DNA from: a bacterium
Lineage (GTDB): Bacteria; Bacillota; Clostridia; Christensenellales; Aristaeellaceae
NCBI GenBank assembly: GCA_963624325.1
Contig: CAVFPH010000001.1
Coordinates: forward strand, 32,211 to 96,210
Direction: 5' to 3'
DNA: 64,000 bases
Position 1 is the stretch's first letter. Each line of letters begins with the position of its first letter. Shown in pieces: positions 1 to 8,483 of the stretch. Under the pieces are notes generated by a model. That model ran no database searches. It was given only the letters and a program-made list of their open reading frames with translations, and was not told the origin of the DNA. A program made the translations under genes and the position numbers.

Positions 1-1
1 C

Positions 2-550
2 GATCTGGAAAAGCTCCGCGCCAAGGCTGCGGAAACCGGCGATGCGATGGATGCCCAGGCTGCCAAGGATCTGTCCGATCAGTGCGACCGCTTTGAGAAA
101 AAGCTGCATGATCTTAAACTGACCCGTCAGGTAGCGCTGCAGATGGCGCCGCAGATCCGCATGCTGCAAAACAATAATGCCCTGCTGGTGGAGCGCATCC
201 AGTCCACGCTGGTCAATACGCTGCCCCTGTGGAAAAACCAGATGGTGCTTGCCATCGGCCTGCATCATTCTCAGCAGGCCATGAAGGCTCAGCGCGCCGT
301 CACCGATGCCACCAACGAGCTGCTGAAAAAGAATGCCGAAACGCTTAAAATGGGCACGCTGGAAACAGCCCGGGAAGCGGAGCGCGGCATCATCGATATG
401 GAAACGCTCACCAAGACCAATCAGGATCTGATTGACACCATTACCGAGGTTCAGCGCATTCAGCGTGAAGGCCGCGATAAGCGCCGCGAAGCCGAAAAGC
501 GCCTGACCGAAATGGAAAACGAACTGAAAAAGAAGATGCTGGAAGCCTGA
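2..550 (+). CDS. TelA-like toxic anion resistance family protein, C-terminal part (5' end outside window)
   Basis: Frame open from nt 2 (DLEKLRAKAAETGDAMDAQ...). Long helical sequence with the NTLPLWKNQMVLAIGLHHSQQA block I associate with the TelA/KlaA family. TGA stop at 548-550. Confidence 0.6.
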   Translation, partial: DLEKLRAKAAETGDAMDAQAAKDLSDQCDRFEKKLHDLKLTRQVALQMAPQIRMLQNNNALLVERIQSTLVNTLPLWKNQMVLAIGLHHSQQAMKAQRAVTDATNELLKKNAETLKMGTLETAREAERGIIDMETLTKTNQDLIDTITEVQRIQREGRDKRREAEKRLTEMENELKKKMLEA

Positions 551-574
551 TATCCCCGGTAAAGGAGCAAATGC

Positions 575-1141
575 ATGGCAAAAGAAGAAAAAAACGGTCT
601 CCGGCCGGTAATCGCATGCGTGCTGATGGTGATCATGCTTTGCTGTGCGTTGATCATCGGTGCTCGTAAGGGATGGACAAAGGAGCAGAACGCTCTTCAG
701 CAATACCGTGAAGCGGTGCTGGAAAGCGTCCAGGCACGTGTGGAAACCGCCTACAACCTTTTGACCGTCGCGGGACGGTACATGTCGGCCGATGATACGC
801 TTTATGCGGCTGTCAAGGACGATCTGCAGTCCCTGGAAAACGGAAAGACTACTTTTTCCGTTGTGTCTACCCGGCAGTTTCAGCTTGATGCGCAGGCGCT
901 TTTGAAGGCCCTTGCGGAGCGGACGGATGTACAGGCAGATGCGCGCGATAATATGTACGTTACCCAGATGCTGCCCCAGGCTGTGGAGATGTGCATGAGC
1001 AGCGATGCCATTACCGCCTACAACGAGGCGGCGTCCGATTGCAATGATCGCATGCACAGCTTCAGCGGCATGCTGGCCCGCCTGACGGGCATGCAGTATG
1101 CGGCACTCTTTGAGGATGGTGCTCAAAGCACGGCAAACTGA
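575..1141 (+). CDS. LemA-like single-pass membrane protein (distant)
   Basis: ATG 575 preceded by AAAGGAG. N-terminal TM helix VIACVLMVIMLCCALIIGA; about 188 aa. C-terminal AITAYNEAASDCNDRMHSFSGMLARLTGMQYAALFE resembles the LemA YNxxVxxYNxxIxxFP...FE tail. Lies between TelA-like and TPM genes. Confidence 0.4.
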   Translation: MAKEEKNGLRPVIACVLMVIMLCCALIIGARKGWTKEQNALQQYREAVLESVQARVETAYNLLTVAGRYMSADDTLYAAVKDDLQSLENGKTTFSVVSTRQFQLDAQALLKALAERTDVQADARDNMYVTQMLPQAVEMCMSSDAITAYNEAASDCNDRMHSFSGMLARLTGMQYAALFEDGAQSTAN

Positions 1142-1163
1142 GGAAAGGAGCGGAATTGTCTTC

Positions 1164-2063
1164 ATGAAACGCTTGGCAGCCTTTCTTACGGCACTGATCC
1201 TTCTGCTCCCGTTCACCGCAACGGCAGTCACCTATCCTGCCCGGCGCGGTGCTGTCAATGATGATGCGGGCGTGCTCAGCGAGCAGACCGCGTCGGATAT
1301 TGAGCAGCTCAATACCCTTGCCGATGCTGCGGATATCGCCTTTGTTGTTGCCACACGCCACTTCCTGGGCGGCACGGAGGCGCAAAGCTACTGCGATCAG
1401 CTTTTCAGCGCATGGAATCTGGACAAAAACACCGTGCTGCTGCTGCTGGTTATCGGCGAAGAACGCTATGCTGTGACGGCGGGAGCGAATGTTATTTCCC
1501 TGATCGGTCGGGAACAGATCAATTCCTTCCTGGCCTCCAAACTCCGCACGCCTTACCTGAATGACCGCGACTATGACGGCGCTGTCGGCAGCTTTTTGCT
1601 TGCGATGACGGCACAGGCTGCCAAAAACAGCGGCGTGACAGTGAAAACCAGCGGCCTTTTCGGCACAGCGGCGCAAAGCAGCGTGCAGACCGAATCTGCC
1701 GAAAGCACAAAGTCGGACAGCAGCTGGTATGACTGGACGGGCGATTGGTGGAGCGGTTTCTTCTCTACCGATGATACCGAATATTATCAGAACAGCAGCT
1801 TGGAATTCCTTCCCGAAAAACAGGAACACTATGATAACGGTTCGGGCTTTAGCATCGGAAAGCTGATCGTGATCGTACTGATCCTGTGGTTCATCCTGCG
1901 CCGCAGAAAAGCAAAAGGGAAAAATGGACTCGGCCTGCTCGGCTGGCTGGTAGCGGGAAAAGGCGTCAGCGAAGTGATGAAGGGAATGTCACGCGGACGC
2001 GGTCCCGGACCCAATCGCGGCCCGGGTCCCGGGCACGGCCCCGGCCGAGGACCGAGACACTGA
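1164..2063 (+). CDS. TPM-domain (TLP18.3/Psb32/MOLO-1 type) membrane-anchored protein with Gly/Pro-rich tail
   Basis: ATG 1164 after AGGAAAGGAG. Signal/anchor MKRLAAFLTALILLLPFTATA. Core YPARRGAVNDDAGVLS...IAFVVAT...NTVLLLLVIGEERYAV. C-terminal TM LIVIVLILWFIL and tail GRGPGPNRGPGPGHGPGRGPRH. Confidence 0.7.
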   Translation: MKRLAAFLTALILLLPFTATAVTYPARRGAVNDDAGVLSEQTASDIEQLNTLADAADIAFVVATRHFLGGTEAQSYCDQLFSAWNLDKNTVLLLLVIGEERYAVTAGANVISLIGREQINSFLASKLRTPYLNDRDYDGAVGSFLLAMTAQAAKNSGVTVKTSGLFGTAAQSSVQTESAESTKSDSSWYDWTGDWWSGFFSTDDTEYYQNSSLEFLPEKQEHYDNGSGFSIGKLIVIVLILWFILRRRKAKGKNGLGLLGWLVAGKGVSEVMKGMSRGRGPGPNRGPGPGHGPGRGPRH

Positions 2064-2106
2064 TTTGAACAGGAATATTCTCCAGTAAAGACATAAGGAG
2101 TGCACA

Positions 2107-3015
2107 ATGTCCCGACAGGCTACGGTAACGTATTTCCATCATTCCGGTTTTATGGTTTCGGCGGCCGATACGCTGATGATTTTTGACTATTGGCGCGGCG
2201 AAAACAACAACTTGACCGGGAATTCGGCACTGTCGGAGGCTGACCTGAAAGGGTACAAGCAGGTACTCTTCTTTGTAACGCATGAACATCCCGATCATTA
2301 TGACCGGGTGATTTATGATTTCAAGCACCTAAACAATGTGCGCTATATCATTGCATCCGATATGCCCCTTGAAGCCTATGGCGATCGGATGGCGGAAGGA
2401 GAAAAGCGTACCTACGGTGACGCAGTTGTAACGGCCTACGGCTCTACCGATCTGGGCGTGTCCTTCTATGTGGAGATTGACGGGCTTCATATTTTCCATG
2501 CGGGAGATTTGAATTTGTGGCACTGGCGGGAGGAGAGCACCCTGCGCCAGATCACACAGGCGGAAAATCTGTATTATGCAGCCGTACAGCCGTTAATCGG
2601 AAAACCCATCGATGTGTGCATGTTTCCCGTTGATCCGCGCATGGGCGGCATGTTTGAAGCGGGTGCCAATCACTTTATCATGACCTGCAAGCCGCGCGTC
2701 TTTATCCCCATGCATTGGCAGGGACGAAGCGAAATCGCAACGGATTTTGCCCGCCGCTGCCGCACAAAGTATACGGAAGGACTTGCCCTGACAAAGCCGC
2801 GTGAGCGGGCGGAACTTTCCTTTGACAAAGGCGCCATCAATATTCATGTTTACCTCTCTTCCGAACAGCGGGAGGATGTTTCAAAGCGCCGCCGCCGCAG
2901 CGAAAGTGAGGATGTCGTAAAGCAGGCACTGGATGCCCTTGAATCGGGAGATCCGTTTGCAGAGTCCGATTTGCCGGTAGATCATATTACAGAAAATCAG
3001 AAAAAAGCGGAGTAA
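2107..3015 (+). CDS. MBL-fold metallo-hydrolase
   Basis: HxHxDH motif (VTHEHPDHYD) and a later HAGD block. AAGGAG before ATG 2107. Charged C-terminal tail. Confidence 0.7.
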   Translation: MSRQATVTYFHHSGFMVSAADTLMIFDYWRGENNNLTGNSALSEADLKGYKQVLFFVTHEHPDHYDRVIYDFKHLNNVRYIIASDMPLEAYGDRMAEGEKRTYGDAVVTAYGSTDLGVSFYVEIDGLHIFHAGDLNLWHWREESTLRQITQAENLYYAAVQPLIGKPIDVCMFPVDPRMGGMFEAGANHFIMTCKPRVFIPMHWQGRSEIATDFARRCRTKYTEGLALTKPRERAELSFDKGAINIHVYLSSEQREDVSKRRRRSESEDVVKQALDALESGDPFAESDLPVDHITENQKKAE

Positions 3016-3075
3016 GCCTTGACGGCTTGCCGCCGCTTTTTTGAAACGGAGTTTATTTTGAAGCTGACAAAGAAC

Positions 3076-4419
3076 ATGCGGCTGGAACTGACGGTGGAAG
3101 CCTTTGGCACGGACGGCGAGGGTGTATGCCGTCATGAAGGCATGACGGTGTTTGTTCCCCGCGCGCTGCCCGGTGAGAAAATCACGGCACAGATTACGCG
3201 CGTGGAAAAGCGATATGCCTTCGCACGCGCAGTGGAACTGCTGTCCGCATCGCCCGACCGCGTTGATCCTGCCTGCCCGTACGCACGCATGTGCGGCGGC
3301 TGCTCCTGTCAGCACATGAGCTATGATGCCCAGCTTCGCTTTAAACACAGCCAGGTGGAAGGCTGCATGCGGCATATTGCGGGCTTGGATGTGCCTGTTC
3401 AGCCGGTAATCGGCATGGAAGAGCCCTGGCATTACCGCAACAAAATCGCCGTGCCGGTTTCCGGTACAGTTAAAGAGCCGCTGATTGGCTATTACGCGCC
3501 GCGCAGCCATCGTGTGGTGGATGCAAAGCAGTGCCTTCTTGCCCGCACAGAGGGAAACCGGGCGATTGCCGCAGTGCGCCAGTGGATGATCGACTGCGGG
3601 ATTGCCCCTTATGACGAGATCACCCATCGCGGGCTTGTCCGGCATATCATGGTACGGTCGGGCCGTGCCGGGGAGGTCATGGTCGTACTTGTTATCAATG
3701 CCGTCAAACTGCCCTGCGAACAGGAACTGATTGCTGCGCTTCAAGCGAACGTTCCCGGTTTGGTGTCCGTATGTGTTTCCGTCAATCAACGGCCGGATAA
3801 CGTGATCCTCGGGGATTCTTATCGGGTGCTTTGGGGAGCGGAACGCCTGCATGATACTCTGTGCGGCAACGATTTTATGCTGTCGCCGCTGTCCTTTTTT
3901 CAGGTCAATCCGGAGCAGACGGAAAAGCTTTACCATGCGGCCCTTGACTTTGCCCAGCTTCGCGGAGGGGAGACCGTTGCCGATGTCTACTGCGGCGCGG
4001 GTACGATTACCCTGATGCTGGCGCGGCATGCCGCACGGGTGATCGGCATTGAGATTGTGCCCGATGCCATCCGCGATGCCAAGAAAAATGCGGAACTGAA
4101 CGGCGTCGAAAATGCGCAGTTTTACTGCGGTGCTGCCGAAAATATTCTGCCGGAGCTTGTGGAACAAGGATTACGGCCGGATGTTGTCGTGCTTGATCCG
4201 CCCCGCAAGGGCGCAGACGAGGCAGTGCTGCAGGCCATTGCGGTTGCCAAGCCCGAACGGGTTGTATATATCAGCTGCAATCCCGCCACGCAGGCACGGG
4301 ATGCGAAAATCCTGTGCGCACTTGGATATCAGGCTGAAACATGCCGGCCTGTTGACATGTTCTGCCAAACGTCGGGCATTGAAAATGTGATGCTGTTTGC
4401 TTGCAAAAGTGAAAATTAA
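3076..4419 (+). CDS. rlmD: 23S rRNA (uracil-5-)-methyltransferase, RumA/RlmD family
   Basis: TRAM-like N-terminus (GEGVCRHEGMTVFVPRALPGEKI). Fe-S Cys cluster CPYARMCGGCSCQH. SAM-MTase motifs DVYCGAGTI, DPPRKG, YISCNP. ATG 3076 preferred over the TTG at 3019, but the start is uncertain. Confidence 0.85.
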   Translation: MRLELTVEAFGTDGEGVCRHEGMTVFVPRALPGEKITAQITRVEKRYAFARAVELLSASPDRVDPACPYARMCGGCSCQHMSYDAQLRFKHSQVEGCMRHIAGLDVPVQPVIGMEEPWHYRNKIAVPVSGTVKEPLIGYYAPRSHRVVDAKQCLLARTEGNRAIAAVRQWMIDCGIAPYDEITHRGLVRHIMVRSGRAGEVMVVLVINAVKLPCEQELIAALQANVPGLVSVCVSVNQRPDNVILGDSYRVLWGAERLHDTLCGNDFMLSPLSFFQVNPEQTEKLYHAALDFAQLRGGETVADVYCGAGTITLMLARHAARVIGIEIVPDAIRDAKKNAELNGVENAQFYCGAAENILPELVEQGLRPDVVVLDPPRKGADEAVLQAIAVAKPERVVYISCNPATQARDAKILCALGYQAETCRPVDMFCQTSGIENVMLFACKSEN

Positions 4420-4441
4420 GAAACGGAAAGGGGAACATAAA

Positions 4442-5647
4442 ATGACACTGCAGGAGAGATTTTTGCGTTATGTCAGCATAAACACAACCAGCGACGAGAA
4501 TGGGCAAGGCTGCCCATCTGCGGCCTGCGAATGGGATTTGGCCAAACTGTTGGCTGATGAAATGCGCGAGATGGGCGTATCCAATGTACGCATGGACGAG
4601 CATGCCTATGTGTACGGCGAAATTCCTGCCAACTGCGATTCCGCACCGGCTATCGGACTGATTGCCCACATGGATACGGTAGATGCTGTCCCCGGGCGTA
4701 AATTCAATCCGCGCGTGGTGGCCTATCAGGGCGGGGATATCTGCCTGAATGAAGCCAAGAAAATCGTATTGAGCGAAAAAGACTTTCCCGAAATGGCACG
4801 GCATCGCGGAGAACATCTTGTTGTTACCGACGGCACAACGGTGCTTGGGGCGGATGACAAGGCAGGCGTTGCCGAGATCATGACGCTTTGCCAGCGTGTG
4901 CTGGCCGATCCCACCATCCGTCATGGCAAAATCTGCATAGGCTTTACGCCGGATGAGGAAATCGGGCGCGGCGCTGATCTGTTTGACGTGGCCGGCTTTG
5001 GAGCGGACTTTGCCTATACCGTGGACGGCGGTGAAATCAGCGATATCGAATATGAGAATTTTAACGCGGCTTCGGCAAAAATTACGGTGCATGGCCGTAA
5101 TATTCATCCCGGCTCTGCCAAAAACCGCATGAAGCATGCCGCACGCATCGCCATGGAGTTTAACGCAATGTTGCCCGTGCAGGAAAAGCCGGAATATACG
5201 GAAGGCTATGAGGGCTTCTATCATCTGGCAGCCATTCACGGGGATGAGGAAAATGCGGAGGCATACTACATCCTTCGTGATCATGATGCAAACAAGCTTG
5301 CCCAAAAGAAGCAAACTGTGCAGATGATTGCGGATTTCCTCAATAACCGTTATGGCGAGGGTACGGTGGAAGTGACATTGCGCGATTCTTATCGCAATAT
5401 GCGGGAGGTCATCGAACAGCATATGGACGTGATTGAACGCGCGCAAAAGGCAATCGGCAAGAATGGATTGGAACCGCACAGCGTGGCAATTCGCGGCGGC
5501 ACGGATGGTGCAAGGCTCAGCTTCATGGGCTTGCCCTGCCCCAACCTAGGCACTGGTGGCGCCAACTGCCATGGCATTTATGAGTTCGCCTCCATTGAAA
5601 ACATGGAAAAAATGGTAGATATCCTGCTGGATATTGTGCGTGCTTAA
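4442..5647 (+). CDS. pepT: peptidase T (tripeptide aminopeptidase, M20B)
   Basis: Blocks IAHMDTV, GADDKAGVAEI, FTPDEEIGRGA, IRGGTDGA. AAAGGGGAA RBS before ATG 4442. Confidence 0.9.
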   Translation: MTLQERFLRYVSINTTSDENGQGCPSAACEWDLAKLLADEMREMGVSNVRMDEHAYVYGEIPANCDSAPAIGLIAHMDTVDAVPGRKFNPRVVAYQGGDICLNEAKKIVLSEKDFPEMARHRGEHLVVTDGTTVLGADDKAGVAEIMTLCQRVLADPTIRHGKICIGFTPDEEIGRGADLFDVAGFGADFAYTVDGGEISDIEYENFNAASAKITVHGRNIHPGSAKNRMKHAARIAMEFNAMLPVQEKPEYTEGYEGFYHLAAIHGDEENAEAYYILRDHDANKLAQKKQTVQMIADFLNNRYGEGTVEVTLRDSYRNMREVIEQHMDVIERAQKAIGKNGLEPHSVAIRGGTDGARLSFMGLPCPNLGTGGANCHGIYEFASIENMEKMVDILLDIVRA

Positions 5648-5667
5648 ATAAGATTCGATCATAAATT

Positions 5668-5727
5668 TGGGCATTTCCCGCTTTTTGTCTGATTTTCGGG
5701 CAAAGCGGCGGAATCGCCCATTTTTTA
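5668..5727 (+). terminator. probable intrinsic terminator after pepT
   Basis: Long imperfect hairpin GGGCATTTCCCGCTTT...AAAGCGGCGGAATCGCCC followed by ATTTTTTATTT. Confidence 0.45.
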
Positions 5728-5793
5728 TTTCGGATGGAGTTGATATACTTCTTCCCGTGCCTGAGATGAAGGCAAAGAAAGCGCGGGAGGTGA

Positions 5794-6381
5794 ATGGACG
5801 TGCGATCAACAAAGGCAATCCGAATTGCGAAAGTCAGTTACATTATTCTTTCATCGCTGTTTATCGCATTGGGAATCGGGCTGATAGCGCTGCGCGACCT
5901 GAGCGTATCGCTGATCGGCGTTACGGCAGGGGTGATGCTTATCGCCTTTGGAATCGTCAAGCTGATCGGGTACTTTTCGAAGGACCTGTATCGCCTGGCA
6001 TTTCAATTTGATCTGTCCCTGGGGTTGATGCTGGCAGTGCTGGGAATAATCATTCTGCGCAATCCCAACCAGGCAATTGCTTTCTTGTGCCTGATGCTCG
6101 GCATCGCAACGATGGCGGACGGAATGTTCAAGCTGCAATCGGCACTGGAGGCGCGCAAGTTCGGCCTGAAAAGCTGGCCGCTGATTCTGGTGCTGGCAGT
6201 TGGAGCAGGCGTCGTCGGCATACTGCTTGCCCTGCATCCGATGCAAAGCGCAAGGCTTTTGACGGTGCTTCTCGGTATCGGCATGATCCTGGAAGGGGTG
6301 CTGAACCTGAGCACGGCGCTGTGCGGGATAAAGATCATCCGGCATCAGCGTGCCGATGGTTTTGAGGGCAGAGTAGAATAA
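5794..6381 (+). CDS. HdeD/DUF308-family integral membrane protein
   Basis: About 195 aa, six predicted TM helices with a repeated small-residue pattern typical of HdeD/DUF308. GGGAGG just upstream of ATG 5794. Confidence 0.6.
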   Translation: MDVRSTKAIRIAKVSYIILSSLFIALGIGLIALRDLSVSLIGVTAGVMLIAFGIVKLIGYFSKDLYRLAFQFDLSLGLMLAVLGIIILRNPNQAIAFLCLMLGIATMADGMFKLQSALEARKFGLKSWPLILVLAVGAGVVGILLALHPMQSARLLTVLLGIGMILEGVLNLSTALCGIKIIRHQRADGFEGRVE

Positions 6382-6407
6382 AACAGGGGGAAAGGACGAA
6401 GTAAAAC

Positions 6408-8477
6408 ATGCGTTTCTCAAGGGCAATTGTAAAGCATCGTATTCTTATTTTGATTATCGCGCTGATGCTGCTGATCCCGTCTGTATTCGGCATGATCAAC
6501 ACGCGTATCAATTATGATATGCTGGATTATCTGCCGGAAGACATGGACACCGTTATCGGCCAAAATGAACTTTTAAGCGAGTTCGGCAAGGGTGCATTTT
6601 CTCTGATTGTGGTGGAAGACATGCCCGTAAGGGATGTGGCAAAACTGAAGGAGAAGATTGCGGCCGTGGACCATGTTGACTCGGTGGTCTGGTATGATAC
6701 CGTGGCGGATTTGACCATCCCTATGGAGGTGCTGCCCGAGGATATCTACAACGAGTTCAACAGCGGCGATGCAACGCTGCTGGCGGTCTTCTTTGACAGC
6801 TCCACTTCTGCGGATGTTACCATGGATGCAATCCGCGAGATTCGCTCCATCGCCGGCAAGCAGTGCTTTGTTTCGGGCATGTCGGCCTTGGTTACGGATT
6901 TGAAGGATCTGTGCGAAGAGGAAGAGCCGATTTACGTTGCGCTGGCGGTTGCCTGTGCCTGCCTTGCCATGATGCTGCTGCTGGACAGCTGGCTGGCCCC
7001 GCTGATTTTCCTATTGAGCATCGGCATCTGCATTCTGATTAATCTGGGAACCAACTATTTCCTGGGCGAAATTTCCTACATTACCAAGGCACTGTCGGCG
7101 GTGCTGCAGCTGGCAGTGACAATGGACTATTCGATTTTCCTGTGGAACAGCTACAACGAGCAGCGTACCCGCATTGATGACAAAAACGAAGCCATGGCAG
7201 TTGCCATCCGCGAAACATTTGTGTCGGTGCTGGGCTCCTCCATTACCACCATTGCGGGCTTCATTGCCTTGTGCTTTATGAGCTTCACGATGGGCCGCGA
7301 TCTGGGCATCGTGATGGCAAAAGGCGTGCTGCTGGGCGTGATCGGCTGTGTTACGGTGCTGCCCGCGCTGATTCTGCTGCTGGATCGTCCGCTGCAGAAG
7401 ACAAGGCATAAGGCGCTGATCCGCAAAACAGACAAGGCAGCCAAGTTCATTACCAAGGCATTCCCTGTTTTCCTGGCACTGTTTGTTGTACTGGCAGTTC
7501 CTGCCTACATCGGATATACCAAGACCAACGATGAAGTATATTACGACATGGGACAATGCCTGCCGCAGGATATTGACTATGTGATTGCAAACAGCGAGCT
7601 GTCTGAAAAGTTTGACATCGCATCTACCCATATGGTGCTGGTGGATGCAAACCTTCCGACCCGCGATGTCCGCAGCATGAAAAAGGAAATGGAACAGGTA
7701 GACGGTGTAAAGTACGTCCTGTCCCTGGAAAGTGTCGTCGGAAGCAGCGTTCCGGAGGAGATCCTGCCGGACTCTGTACGCTCCATTTTGAAGAGCGATC
7801 GCTGGGAGCTGATGCTGATCAATTCTGAGTACAAGGTGGCAAGTGACGCAGTCAACGACCAGATTGACAGCCTGAATGCCATACTGAAAAAGTATGATCC
7901 GTCAGCTATGCTGATCGGCGAGGCGCCCTGCACAAAGGACATGATTGAGACAACAGATCATGACTTTGAAGTAGTAAACCTCTTCTCGATTATTGCCATT
8001 TTTGTGATCATTCTGCTGGTTGAAAAGAGCTTGACCCTGCCGGTTATCCTGATCTCCGTGATCGAGCTGGCCATCTTCATCAACCTCGGTCTGCCGCATT
8101 ACTTTGGACAGTCGCTGCCGTTTATCGCGCCGATTTGCATTTCAACCATTCAGCTTGGCGCAACGGTAGACTATGCAATCCTGATGACAACGCGGTATAA
8201 GGCTGAGCGCGTGTCGGGAAAGAGCAAGTTTGATGCCATCAGCACAGCCCTTTCTGCTTCGATTCCTTCCATTATCGTCAGCGGTATGGGCCTCTTTGCT
8301 GCCACGTTCGGCGTAGCGGTATATTCCAATATTGATATTGTAAGCTCAATGTGCATGCTTATGGCACGCGGCGCACTGATCAGCATGGTTTGCGTAATTC
8401 TGATGCTGCCGGCATTCCTGATGCTGCTGGACGGTGTTGTGCGTCATACCACGCTGAAAATGAAGGTAAAGGAGTAA
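6408..8477 (+). CDS. MMPL/RND-superfamily transporter
   Basis: 689 aa with a duplicated architecture: TM1, a large extracytoplasmic loop, then a 5-TM bundle, twice. N-terminus MRFSRAIVKHRILILIIALMLLIP...INYDMLDYLPEDMDTV is typical of Firmicute MMPL (YdfJ-like) proteins. Confidence 0.8.
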   Translation: MRFSRAIVKHRILILIIALMLLIPSVFGMINTRINYDMLDYLPEDMDTVIGQNELLSEFGKGAFSLIVVEDMPVRDVAKLKEKIAAVDHVDSVVWYDTVADLTIPMEVLPEDIYNEFNSGDATLLAVFFDSSTSADVTMDAIREIRSIAGKQCFVSGMSALVTDLKDLCEEEEPIYVALAVACACLAMMLLLDSWLAPLIFLLSIGICILINLGTNYFLGEISYITKALSAVLQLAVTMDYSIFLWNSYNEQRTRIDDKNEAMAVAIRETFVSVLGSSITTIAGFIALCFMSFTMGRDLGIVMAKGVLLGVIGCVTVLPALILLLDRPLQKTRHKALIRKTDKAAKFITKAFPVFLALFVVLAVPAYIGYTKTNDEVYYDMGQCLPQDIDYVIANSELSEKFDIASTHMVLVDANLPTRDVRSMKKEMEQVDGVKYVLSLESVVGSSVPEEILPDSVRSILKSDRWELMLINSEYKVASDAVNDQIDSLNAILKKYDPSAMLIGEAPCTKDMIETTDHDFEVVNLFSIIAIFVIILLVEKSLTLPVILISVIELAIFINLGLPHYFGQSLPFIAPICISTIQLGATVDYAILMTTRYKAERVSGKSKFDAISTALSASIPSIIVSGMGLFAATFGVAVYSNIDIVSSMCMLMARGALISMVCVILMLPAFLMLLDGVVRHTTLKMKVKE

Positions 8478-8483
8478 ACGAAA

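Noticed and set aside
1990-2063. Repetitive GGxCCx DNA at the 3' end of the TPM gene as a possible tandem repeat or CRISPR-like element
   Set aside because: It is in frame, encodes a Gly/Pro/Arg-rich tail, and has no spacer-repeat organisation.
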